Source: an uncultured Alphaproteobacteria bacterium (GTDB lineage: Bacteria > Pseudomonadota > Alphaproteobacteria > CAAHEQ01 > UBA3637). From it: 64,000 nt of DNA. This document shows, one piece after another, positions 1-8,817 of the stretch. Under the pieces are notes generated by a model, which did no database searches, was not told where the DNA came from, and saw nothing but the letters and a program-made list of their open reading frames with translations. The position numbers and the translations under genes were made by a program. The DNA is taken from the NCBI GenBank assembly GCA_949292205.1, contig CASEYR010000001.1, forward strand, positions 155,530 to 219,529. The letters are read 5' to 3'. Numbering within the stretch: the first letter of the stretch is position 1; each line of letters starts with the position of its first letter.

Positions 1-1
1 A

Positions 2-1453
2 ATGCACCCTGTCAAGTTCTACGAAAAGGGGAGTATCCCGTTGGAGTTTGTTTCCTCTCGTCAATGGTTTATCAATATTTTAGATTATAAAAAAGAGCTG
101 TTGGAATTGGGACGCAAAATTAAGTGGACGCCGGCTCATATGCAATCACGCTATGAAGCTTGGGTTGATGGCTTAAATCAAGATTGGTGTATCTCTCGTC
201 AACGCTTCTTTGGGGTTCCCTTCCCTGTTTGGTACAAAGTTAAAGAAAATGGAGAAATCAATTATGATGCTCCGATTTTTGCCGAACGCTCTCAACTTCC
301 AGTCGACCCGATGACAGATGTCCCAGCCGGATATGCTCCGGAACGACGAGGCGTTCCAGGGGGATTCGTCGGAGATAAAGATGTGATGGATACGTGGGCA
401 ACCAGCTCTGTCACTCCGCAAATTGCTATGGCTCATGCTCCGGAAGGACACCACTTGTCTATGCCCTTCGATATCAGACCGCAGGCTCATGATATTATTC
501 GGACTTGGGCTTTCTATACAATCATGAAGTCTTTTGCTCACACAGGGAAAGAACCTTGGCATGAGGCTCTTATCAGTGGATTCATCTTGGATCCGGATCG
601 TAAGAAAATGAGTAAGTCCAAAGGAAACGTCGTAACACCGATTGACTTATTAATTAAGCACTCTGCCGATGCTGTTCGGTATTGGGCTGCCAGAGCAAAA
701 CTGGGGATTGATACGGCTTTTGAAGAACAAATCATGGAGCAAGGGCGTAAATTGACTATGAAGATTTTTAACGCCAGCAAGTTTGTCTTTATGATCTTGG
801 ATAAGTCCGGTGTTGCTTTTTCTAATGATTATCGCCGCCATATTACGGCTTCGGTGGATAAAGCTTGGGCTGCTCGCCTGGCCGCTGTTGTTGAAACTGC
901 TAATAAATCCTTTGAGGCTAATGACTACGCTTTTGCTTTGGAAATGACGGAAAAATGCTTCTGGGATTTCTGCGATAACTATCTGGAACTGGTTAAAGGG
1001 CGTGCTTATAGCGATCATGCGGACTCAGCCGTTGCAACATTGATGTTGACAATCGATGTTTTAATGCGGTTGTTTGCTCCGTTCCTGTCTTTCACAACAG
1101 AAGAAATTTGGCAGTCTCGTCCTTGGGGGCATGACGAAAAATCCATCCACGTTTCTTCTTTCCCTCAAGTTTCTGAATTAAAAGAAATTGTCGGAGATCA
1201 GGCTGTTTATGATAAGGCCGTTGCTGTTTTGAACTTAATCCGCAAGGAAAAAGCCGAACAAAAACGGTCTTTGAAAACGCCGGTGATTGAATTAACTATC
1301 CAAGGAGATTCAAAAACAATTGATTTGGCAAAAGAGGCTGAAGAAGATATTCTGAATGCCGGTAACGTGAAAGTATCTCCTAATTGGGTATCCGGTGAGA
1401 ATCTGACTCTGGCTACTTGCGTTTTTGGAGAAGACGAAAAGAAACAAAAATAA
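2..1453 (+). CDS. valS: valyl-tRNA synthetase, C-terminal portion (5' end lies outside window)
   Basis: ORF open at window edge; class I aaRS KMSKS motif (KMSKSKGNVV); anticodon-binding region and C-terminal coiled-coil tail typical of ValS. Confidence 0.9.
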   Translation: MHPVKFYEKGSIPLEFVSSRQWFINILDYKKELLELGRKIKWTPAHMQSRYEAWVDGLNQDWCISRQRFFGVPFPVWYKVKENGEINYDAPIFAERSQLPVDPMTDVPAGYAPERRGVPGGFVGDKDVMDTWATSSVTPQIAMAHAPEGHHLSMPFDIRPQAHDIIRTWAFYTIMKSFAHTGKEPWHEALISGFILDPDRKKMSKSKGNVVTPIDLLIKHSADAVRYWAARAKLGIDTAFEEQIMEQGRKLTMKIFNASKFVFMILDKSGVAFSNDYRRHITASVDKAWAARLAAVVETANKSFEANDYAFALEMTEKCFWDFCDNYLELVKGRAYSDHADSAVATLMLTIDVLMRLFAPFLSFTTEEIWQSRPWGHDEKSIHVSSFPQVSELKEIVGDQAVYDKAVAVLNLIRKEKAEQKRSLKTPVIELTIQGDSKTIDLAKEAEEDILNAGNVKVSPNWVSGENLTLATCVFGEDEKKQK

Positions 1454-1477
1454 ATACATTCTAGTATGTTATGATAA

Positions 1478-1514
1478 CTCTCGGATAAGATTCAACTTGT
1501 CCGAGAGTTTTTAT
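1478..1514 (+). terminator. rho-independent terminator downstream of valS
   Basis: 12-bp stem ctctcggataag/cttgtccgagag (one G-U pair), 6-nt loop, then TTTTTAT; 25 nt after valS stop. Confidence 0.6.
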
Positions 1515-1662
1515 GATTCGAACGTAACACTACCTGCGTAAGCAGGTAGATGTAGACATACCAGCCCAGCCGTTAGGCTTGCGAAGCTTTTGGGCTGGGC
1601 GAACGTGGCGAACGTCGTTCGGAACAGATAACACCACTTGCGTTAGCGAGTGGAAGTTTATT
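1513..1662 (+). repeat. structured intergenic repeat family, copy 1 (full length, ~150 nt)
   Basis: Near-identical to 19420-19566 and, in reverse orientation, 37551-37646; contains hairpins ctacctgc-GTAA-gcaggtag and cacttgc-GTTA-gcgagtg. Confidence 0.7.
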
Positions 1663-2056
1663 ATATTCAGTAAACTTGCTTTATTTTGTTAAGGCATATC
1701 TTTTAGAAAGACAAACCATAAAACAGCAGCTATTCCTAATAAAAATCCACCAAATATTTTTAAATCGGCTATTTTTGCATCAATGATGTTTTGACTAATA
1801 AAATCACGCATTACTTTTGGAAAAAAGAAAAAAGCAACTCCTTTAAAAATAAGCCACAATAACAATGCATATAATAGTGTTTTCATGCTTTTTCTCCTAC
1901 TACGATTGGAATATATCATAGAAATTAAAAAAAATGAATCAAAAAATATCACCTTATGTGGCAATATAACTTTTTACGCTCAATTAAAAACAAGTATTAT
2001 GCAAAAAGAGCTTGACAATTACTCTAAAATTGAATAAAAGAAATACTATCATTTTT

Positions 2057-2131
2057 GCCGCTGTGGCTCAGTGGTAGAGCACACCCTTGGTAAGGGTGGG
2101 GTCGTGAGTCCGATTCTCACCAGCGGCACCA
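2057..2131 (+). tRNA. tRNA-Thr (anticodon GGT)
   Basis: Cloverleaf: acceptor gccgctg/cagcggc, D-arm gctcagtggtagagc, anticodon loop ttGGTaa, T-arm with tccgatt loop, encoded CCA; followed by hairpin ccgccaaataggcgg plus T-run. Confidence 0.9.
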
Positions 2132-2145
2132 TTTTTGATATTTCC
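2126..2145 (+). repeat. 20-bp direct repeat (left copy) overlapping tRNA-Thr 3' end, att-like
   Basis: gcaccatttttgatatttcc, identical to 3360-3379. Confidence 0.6.
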
Positions 2146-3359
2146 GCCAAATAGGCGGATTTTTTATTTTTATACAAGTAGTTATTGAGTCCCTGAGGAT
2201 TTTAAAATTGGCGATTTTTGATGATTTATCGGACTTTTGAGAAAATATTCTAAAAATTTTGCAAATTTAATTTTTTTCTAATTTACACAACTTATGATAA
2301 TGTATAATTACTTAGAAATCAAAAATCTTTTGATTGGATATTATCCATATCATAAATTGATAAGAGTTTCTCTAACCTACTTAAAGCAGGTATGATACAA
2401 TAAAGCTCTTTACAACTCACGGCCTCTAGAAGGGAAAATTTTTATTTCTTTCAATGATTGAATATGTTTTTGAGTAAGTTGTTTTAGAAACGATTTCAAA
2501 CCCTTTTGAGGCGGCATAACAACTTGAAGCATTTCACCGGATTCTTGAGATAACAATTCTTTTCCCAATACTTCTGTCGTTCGAATAGATGAAGAAGAAA
2601 CGTGTTCAGACAACAATTTATTTTGTATTGTTATTTTTGACTCCGGTTTAATTAAAGAACGAGGAATTTGTGTTCCTGATAAAACTTTTGCCTCACAAAT
2701 ACTCCATTTTAATTTTTCCGGTTCTAAAAAACAAAATATATCTTTTTCCTTCAAACAATTAAAACCTGCTTGTTTTAACAAATCTTGATGTGAGCGTGCC
2801 CAAATCGCAAAATCAGGATATCTGTTTTTTGATGTGAGTAAATTGTTTAATTCATCTTTAACATCAGATGAATCCGTTGTATTTTGCAACCGTTTTAAAA
2901 TATCATCGGAAATATTAAGAAGATCCAAGGTCTTTTTCTGTTCATCTTGACTGATAGAGGTCTGATAAAGAATACTGCCAACCAATGAAGTATCTCGAAA
3001 AACAGAATTTTTAGATAAAATGTCCGACATAGAAGCATAAGCATTTATCGCTTTTTCTTTTCGCTTCGTCCAATACATCCCAATACCTAAACGCGAAGAA
3101 CCTCCACCCGGAAGAGTTCTGACATGCGAATAATCAAATCGTTCAAATAATCTTCGAGAACCATGATATAATACTAAATCTTTTTGCATATAAAACTCCT
3201 CCGATCAATATATTCAGTATATCACTACAACAAATAAAAAACAAGGCAGTGCAGTAAAAAATAAAAATATATCAATAATCAATTTATATTATCATAAAAA
3301 GAGTCGCCCTAACCTCTTAAAACCTCATAGAGTTTAGTCCGATAATTTCATAATATTGC
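2146..3359. mobile_element. putative remnant genomic islet inserted at tRNA-Thr 3' end (no integrase retained)
   Basis: AT-rich 1.2-kb segment bounded by perfect 20-bp direct repeats, the left one overlapping the tRNA 3' end; single cargo ORF on opposite strand. Confidence 0.4.
2410..3189 (-). CDS. hypothetical protein; possible ADP-ribosyltransferase-fold (H-G-S motif) N-domain plus low-complexity S/K/L-rich C-terminal half
   Basis: N-terminus LVLYHGSRRLFERF then GIGMYWT resembles the PARP-like H-Y-E ART signature (HGS ... G-x-G-hydrophobic-Y); cargo of the tRNA-Thr islet. Confidence 0.35.
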   Translation of the reverse strand: MQKDLVLYHGSRRLFERFDYSHVRTLPGGGSSRLGIGMYWTKRKEKAINAYASMSDILSKNSVFRDTSLVGSILYQTSISQDEQKKTLDLLNISDDILKRLQNTTDSSDVKDELNNLLTSKNRYPDFAIWARSHQDLLKQAGFNCLKEKDIFCFLEPEKLKWSICEAKVLSGTQIPRSLIKPESKITIQNKLLSEHVSSSSIRTTEVLGKELLSQESGEMLQVVMPPQKGLKSFLKQLTQKHIQSLKEIKIFPSRGREL

Positions 3360-3379
3360 GCACCATTTTTGATATTTCC
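3360..3379 (+). repeat. 20-bp direct repeat (right copy), att-like
   Basis: Identical to 2126-2145. Confidence 0.6.
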
Positions 3380-3470
3380 CCTCTTGATTTGTCGAATTGC
3401 TGGTTTTACATATAAGCCGGTTCTTTGATGTGTTTTATTTTTTTTAGATCATTATATACGGGAGATTTAT

Positions 3471-3572
3471 ATGAAAAAATTACTAGTCTTATTATTCTTG
3501 TTGCTGTTTTCTAGTGCTGCTTATGCAAGAAGCGGATGTTGTTCTCATCACGGAGGTGTGTGGCTGCTCTAA
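3471..3572 (+). CDS. small Sec-signal Cys-rich peptide (33 aa as read; may extend to 3624 through a +1 frameshift at the gtgtgtg tract near 3555)
   Basis: GGAG RBS 6 nt upstream of ATG; MKKLLVLLFLLLFSSAAYA signal then RSGCCSHHGG; the +1 frame continues VCGCSNGRQVCCDGSFSPSCRC to a stop at 3622-3624; terminator-like hairpin at about 3690-3716. Confidence 0.35.
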   Translation: MKKLLVLLFLLLFSSAAYARSGCCSHHGGVWLL

Positions 3573-3839
3573 TGGTCGTCAGGTGTGCTGTGATGGTTCT
3601 TTTAGCCCCTCTTGCAGATGTTAAGAGAATCAAAAGAAAATTTTTTGTACTAAGATAGAAATCCTCTCTTTTTTCTATTACTAAAATACCCCTCTCATCA
3701 AGGGGTGTTTTTTATTTAAATCCGTTCGGGAGATTTCTTATTCGTTAAAGATCATTGTTTGATTTATTATTGACAAAAAAAATTGCTGTGATAAACTGAA
3801 ATATAGCAGTTGAAAATTTTGATACAGGAGAAGTATAAA

Positions 3840-4745
3840 ATGGATGAAGCCCTAAAAAATACCTTAAAAGATCTACAAAAACCAACAATGTCTTTGATTT
3901 CCTCTTTTTATCAAATGCCTGCTGATATCAAAGAACTTTTTGTGGATATGTTATCCATTTATGAGGCTAATCCAACCGAGGAAACGGCCAAGTTACTATC
4001 CGATAAGATTATGTCCAGAGATACTCCTGAGGTGAAACAAGAATGGATTAAAACACAAAGCTTAACCGTCTCTCCTGAAAAACGTCAGGCGGCTGAGGAA
4101 AAACACTTGAACCATATGCAGGCTGTTCCTAAAGGTGTTCCTGCTTCCGGTATGGTTATGGTGGGGTTGAATCTTATCAACCGAGATGATAAAAATGCTT
4201 TGATGGATGCTCAAGCTGCTGCCAGAATACTGGGCGCAATTCAAAATCCTAACCAGTTTATTAACCAAGATTATTCAACGAAAGAAGCAACTAAACTGTC
4301 TTCAGAGGATTTTCAAGCCCTATATGGCGACTTACTGATTGCTCCTGCTTTTTTAGATAATAACTTTGCGTCGGAAGCTCAAAGAATGGAAGACCTGGCT
4401 AAACTGTATATTATTCAAAAACATTATCATCAGAAGTCATCTTCAACCGTGGCCGATGTTAATTTAGATCAACTATTTCAGTCTTATGCCGTTGATGTTC
4501 TATCCAATGTTGCTTTGAAAATTTCGGATAAAAGTGTTGCACAAAAAATTTCTGACTTGGCTTCTTCATACGGCAATAAGGAAAAGGTAATGGCTTCAAA
4601 AATCTATAACCATTCTTTCTTTAATCAATCTGTCGTGGAAAATAAAACACCTATCGATAGACGTATCAAACATCGCGTGGAACAGTTAAAAGCAGCAGAA
4701 TGTATCCGATTATCACAACTTCGCGGACATCTGCAAAATCGATAA
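3840..4745 (+). CDS. hypothetical protein (301 aa)
   Basis: ORF with AGGAG RBS 8 nt upstream of ATG at 3840 (the ORF-track start at 3810 is a TTG codon); no recognisable motifs. Confidence 0.55.
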   Translation: MDEALKNTLKDLQKPTMSLISSFYQMPADIKELFVDMLSIYEANPTEETAKLLSDKIMSRDTPEVKQEWIKTQSLTVSPEKRQAAEEKHLNHMQAVPKGVPASGMVMVGLNLINRDDKNALMDAQAAARILGAIQNPNQFINQDYSTKEATKLSSEDFQALYGDLLIAPAFLDNNFASEAQRMEDLAKLYIIQKHYHQKSSSTVADVNLDQLFQSYAVDVLSNVALKISDKSVAQKISDLASSYGNKEKVMASKIYNHSFFNQSVVENKTPIDRRIKHRVEQLKAAECIRLSQLRGHLQNR

Positions 4746-4769
4746 AAGGATGGGAGTAGATTTAAAAAT

Positions 4770-5369
4770 CTACTTCCCGTATCTTGTGACGTACCAGTTT
4801 ACAAATTTTTGTATACTTCCTTTTGCACCGAGTTTTGAGTAATACTCTTGAACCTCATCTTCGGAAAGTTCACAAAGGTTTTTATTATACTCTTTCAGGT
4901 AGATTATCTTCCACAACTCGGACCAAGCAAATGGAGATTGTATGTCTACCTTCTCCTTGGATATTTCAAATTCATCACCTTCACGTTCAAACTGAAAAAC
5001 CTCTCCGTTAGAATCAACAAAGGTAGTAGAACTAATAAACTTAGCGGATCTATTCTGAATGCCTTGCATTAATCTTAGAATGCCGTCGACTCCGATACTG
5101 GTTATGATATATTTTGTATAGACACCCGGAAAACCATTTAACTCTGCAATAGTCAGACCCCCATCCTCAACTAAAACCGGTTCCCGTAATATTTTATATG
5201 CTTCTAACGCTTTAAACCGAGATACCTCTTGAACCGTATCAAATTGGGGCTCCATAATATTTAGGTTTTGAGAGCAAACCATGACATCATCTAAATGATT
5301 TGCCTTTAAAGAACCTTGCAGTGATTTTACTTTTGCTTGGTTTGATGTTATCATATTGATTTTATTCAT
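4770..5369 (-). CDS. rdgB: non-canonical purine NTP pyrophosphatase (RdgB/HAM1 family)
   Basis: Ham1 signature region EPVLVEDGGLTIAELNGFPGVYTKY. Confidence 0.75.
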   Translation of the reverse strand: MNKINMITSNQAKVKSLQGSLKANHLDDVMVCSQNLNIMEPQFDTVQEVSRFKALEAYKILREPVLVEDGGLTIAELNGFPGVYTKYIITSIGVDGILRLMQGIQNRSAKFISSTTFVDSNGEVFQFEREGDEFEISKEKVDIQSPFAWSELWKIIYLKEYNKNLCELSEDEVQEYYSKLGAKGSIQKFVNWYVTRYGK

Positions 5370-5410
5370 ACAAAAGTTCCTTTCTAGGTAATTATAGCGT
5401 TCTATAAATA

Positions 5411-6835
5411 CTAAATATCATTCAAATCCGGACTTTCTGTAACTAATTTTTGAATCTCTTTTGTTGCTTGCTTGACAGATGCCACAACTCCTGGACCGGC
5501 AATGCAGCCCCCACAACAGGCCATCACTTCAACCAAACATCCTTCGGCTTTGCCTGTTTTGGCATATTGCTTCAGTTGCTTTATTGTATCCCTTGTGAGT
5601 CCATCAATTCGAACCGGACACACCTCGCACGTATGGAGTGATTGAACGGCTCCGGCCACACCGCCTATTAAAGCAAATCCCCTGCCCTGTTTAGATGGTT
5701 TTGATGTTTCAGATTCGACACAATTAGCCGGAGTAACCTTTTTGACATCAAATAACGCTGTCAACTCTTTTGCATTTAAAACAAAATCGACTAAATCATC
5801 ATGCAAACCTTCTTCCCTTTTGGCCATGCAGGGGCCGATAAAAACCGTAATGGCAGATGCATCCCGTTTTTTGACTATCTCTGCCGTATAATGCATCGGA
5901 GTTTTGGTGTTTGAAACAAACGGCTTTAACTCCGGAATATGTTTTTTGACGGCCTCAAAATAAGCGGAACAGCAAGAGGTTGTCATAAAAGAATCGCCTT
6001 TTTTTAAGCGCTCTGCCAATTCATTTGCTTCATTTCGAGTCGTAACATCAGCACCTTCGGCAACCTCAATCACATCGGAAAAGCCAAGCTCTTTAACGGC
6101 AGAAAATAATTGTCCCACCGATACCCCATACTGCCCCAAAATTGACGGCGCTAACATTGCAACAACCTGTTTTCCAGAACGAATGGCCTTTAGAACATCT
6201 ATAATCTGACTGCGTGTTTGAATTGCTCCAAAGGGACATATCTTTGCACACTGACCACATTCAATACATTTTTCAGGATTTATAGTGGCAGTATCCGATT
6301 CGTTCTTAGCTATTGCCTCAACAGGACAAACGCCTATACAAGGGGGCTCTGTTTGGATAATCGCATGATAGGGACACGATTTTGCACAAATACCGCATTT
6401 TTTACACTTATCTCGGTTAATATGCGATTTACCGTTAATAAACTCTATTGCCCCGAAAGGACATGTCGTGCATGGACGTGCCAGACATCCTTGACACATA
6501 TCCGTGACAATATACTGTCTATCCGGACAATGATGACACAGAACTGATGCTACTTTTAAAACAGGCTCTTCCAACTGTGTTCGAGCTAAAGCTTTTTCTG
6601 CAGCCTCTTGCAGGGATAAACCACTATTCACATCTTCACTCAAAACCGCCACAACCCGAGCCGAAATCAGTTGTTTTAAATCACTTACCGATAATCTTGT
6701 CCCAGCCAATGCTTCCGAGGCAAGAGTGTCTGGTATTTTGGAAGTGGAAGACACAAAATTGTCCGAAAAAAAAGCTTGGATTACAGCATATAATGTTTTT
6801 TGTTCTAAATCAATCGTGTAATCCAAGCGTGGCAT
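5411..6835 (-). CDS. [FeFe]-hydrogenase-like protein (H-domain with diverged H-cluster motifs) plus ferredoxin-type Fe-S cluster domains
   Basis: Several CxxCxxCxxxCP motifs; L1-like MTTSCCSAY (canonical TSCCPxW), L2-like GPCMAKREE (MPCxxKxxE), L3-like EVMACCGGCIAGPG (ExMACxGGCxxGG). Confidence 0.65.
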   Translation of the reverse strand: MPRLDYTIDLEQKTLYAVIQAFFSDNFVSSTSKIPDTLASEALAGTRLSVSDLKQLISARVVAVLSEDVNSGLSLQEAAEKALARTQLEEPVLKVASVLCHHCPDRQYIVTDMCQGCLARPCTTCPFGAIEFINGKSHINRDKCKKCGICAKSCPYHAIIQTEPPCIGVCPVEAIAKNESDTATINPEKCIECGQCAKICPFGAIQTRSQIIDVLKAIRSGKQVVAMLAPSILGQYGVSVGQLFSAVKELGFSDVIEVAEGADVTTRNEANELAERLKKGDSFMTTSCCSAYFEAVKKHIPELKPFVSNTKTPMHYTAEIVKKRDASAITVFIGPCMAKREEGLHDDLVDFVLNAKELTALFDVKKVTPANCVESETSKPSKQGRGFALIGGVAGAVQSLHTCEVCPVRIDGLTRDTIKQLKQYAKTGKAEGCLVEVMACCGGCIAGPGVVASVKQATKEIQKLVTESPDLNDI

Positions 6836-6855
6836 TTCAAACTCCTTTTTGATAA

Positions 6856-8211
6856 TTATTCTGACTTTTTCTTGTTTTCTGCCAGAAACTGTTCCAGCCA
6901 GTGAATGTTATACTGACCATCAATAAATTCCGGATCAGCAATAATCTTTTGATGTAATGGAATTGTTGTCCGGATTCCTTCAATAACAAATTCCTCTAAA
7001 GCTCGACGAAGTCGCATCAAAACACCATTCCGCGTCCGACCATGCACAATCAATTTGGCTACCATACTGTCGTAGTTTGGTGGAACTGTATAACCGGCAT
7101 ACATACCCGAATCAACACGAACATCCAATCCTCCGGGAACATGCCACTGCCCGATTTTTCCAGGCCATGGAACAAATGTTTCCGGATCTTCGGCATTGAT
7201 CCGACATTCCATTGCATACCCGTTAAAGTGGATATCTTCTTGCTTATACCCTAACACGGCTCCGCTGGAGACTCGGATTTGATCACGCACAATATCAACG
7301 CCTGTTACAGCCTCGGTAATCGGATGTTCCACTTGAACACGCGTATTCATTTCCAAGAAATAAAATTGTCCGTTTTCATACAAAAACTCAATTGTGCCGA
7401 CATTGGAATAGCCCAGCTTTTTCATTGCATTGGCGGCAATCTCACCAATTTGCTTACGCTGTTCCGGATTAAGCGCCGGAGATGGAGATTCTTCGAGAAC
7501 CTTTTGGTGATTCCGCTGGAGAGAACAGTCACGCTCTCCCAAATGGACAACGTTTCCGTAGTTATCTCCTAAAATCTGAATTTCAATATGACGTGGTGTT
7601 TGCAAATACTTTTCAATATACACAACATCATTGGCAAAAGAGCTCTTTGCCTCATTCTTTGCCAGCGTAAATGCATCTGCCATTTCAGATGGATTATGGG
7701 CCACTTTCATCCCTTTTCCACCACCGCCGGCAGCTGCTTTGACAATAACGGGATAACCAATCTTTTCGCCCCACATGAGAGCGTCTTCAACCGTTTTAAC
7801 CTCCCCTTCCGATCCCGGAATGACCGGCAATCCGGACTCGATAGCAGCTTTCTTTGCCGTCACTTTATCACCCATCATCCGAATCATCTTGGGGCTGGGA
7901 CCGATAAAAGTAATACCATGAGCTTCAACCATCTCGGCAAATTCAGCGTTCTCTGATAGAAATCCATACCCCGGATGGATTGCATCAGCACCCGTCATAA
8001 TGGCTGCCGAAATAATAGCTGCTTTATTCAAATAGGAATCTTTAGCCGGTGCAGGACCAATACAAACAGCCTCATCAGCCAATTTGACATGCATGGCATT
8101 TGCATCAACCGTTGAATGAACGGCAACCGTCTTAATTCCCATTTCTCGGCAGGCCCGATGAATCCGAAGGGCGATTTCTCCACGATTGGCTATTAAAACT
8201 TTTTCAAACAT
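6856..8211 (-). CDS. accC: acetyl-CoA carboxylase biotin carboxylase subunit
   Basis: MFEKVLIANRGEIALRI N-terminus, ATP-grasp, full length 451 aa. Confidence 0.95.
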   Translation of the reverse strand: MFEKVLIANRGEIALRIHRACREMGIKTVAVHSTVDANAMHVKLADEAVCIGPAPAKDSYLNKAAIISAAIMTGADAIHPGYGFLSENAEFAEMVEAHGITFIGPSPKMIRMMGDKVTAKKAAIESGLPVIPGSEGEVKTVEDALMWGEKIGYPVIVKAAAGGGGKGMKVAHNPSEMADAFTLAKNEAKSSFANDVVYIEKYLQTPRHIEIQILGDNYGNVVHLGERDCSLQRNHQKVLEESPSPALNPEQRKQIGEIAANAMKKLGYSNVGTIEFLYENGQFYFLEMNTRVQVEHPITEAVTGVDIVRDQIRVSSGAVLGYKQEDIHFNGYAMECRINAEDPETFVPWPGKIGQWHVPGGLDVRVDSGMYAGYTVPPNYDSMVAKLIVHGRTRNGVLMRLRRALEEFVIEGIRTTIPLHQKIIADPEFIDGQYNIHWLEQFLAENKKKSE

Positions 8212-8213
8212 GA

Positions 8214-8657
8214 TTAGCCTACATTAAACAACGGTTGGTTATATTCAACAGGGCTACCGGATTCAACCAGAATCTCGGTAATCGTTCCTGCCTTTGTTGA
8301 CTTAATCGGGTTAAATGTTTTCATAGCCTCAACCAAACAAACCGTTTGTCCAACAGAAACTTTGTCACCCACTTTTATAAATGCCGGAGAGTTGGGATCT
8401 TTAGATAAATAGACAACACCAACCATCGGTGAAACAATATAGTTTTCAGGCTTTTTCTGCTCGGCCGGAGCTGCAACAGGAGCGGCTGCCGGTGGAGGAA
8501 CGGGAGCCGGTGGCGGTGGAACCATCACTTCATGAGCCGAACGCGGTCCAACAACACGCAGATATACACCGTTTGCTTCATATTCAATCTCGGATAACCC
8601 GTTATCATGCAACAAAGTTGCTAATTCTTTAATTGCTTGTTTTTGTTCGTTTTCCAT
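8214..8657 (-). CDS. accB: acetyl-CoA carboxylase biotin carboxyl carrier protein
   Basis: Biotinyl-lysine motif EAMKT, Pro/Ala-rich linker, immediately upstream of accC. Confidence 0.9.
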   Translation of the reverse strand: MENEQKQAIKELATLLHDNGLSEIEYEANGVYLRVVGPRSAHEVMVPPPPAPVPPPAAAPVAAPAEQKKPENYIVSPMVGVVYLSKDPNSPAFIKVGDKVSVGQTVCLVEAMKTFNPIKSTKAGTITEILVESGSPVEYNQPLFNVG

Positions 8658-8817
8658 AATTCACCTCTTAAAAAATAAAATCTAGGAATTGTTTTACCTT
8701 AAATTCTTATAAAATGCAAGTCTTAAAAAAAGAAACTTTTGTGACGAGAATTGAGTAGCCCCCATCTCTCTTTTTTTTGATGTTGTGATGAAAAACGCTT
8801 GAAATGGGGGGGTAAGT

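Noticed and set aside
173-1018. Antisense ORFs inside valS (173-562, 538-780, 650-1018)
   Set aside because: They lie entirely within, and opposite to, a strongly supported conserved gene. They have no RBS and atypical composition.
2146-3359. Active prophage or integrative element at tRNA-Thr
   Set aside because: It is only 1.2 kb with no integrase, excisionase or phage genes; at most a decayed remnant. The direct repeat is real, but its mobility is not supported.
3810-3839. ORF-track start of the 311-aa ORF
   Set aside because: Position 3810 is a TTG. An ATG with an AGGAG RBS lies at 3840, so the upstream extension was not accepted.
7042-7956. Multiple plus-strand ORFs inside accC
   Set aside because: They are antisense to a highly conserved gene and low complexity; spurious.
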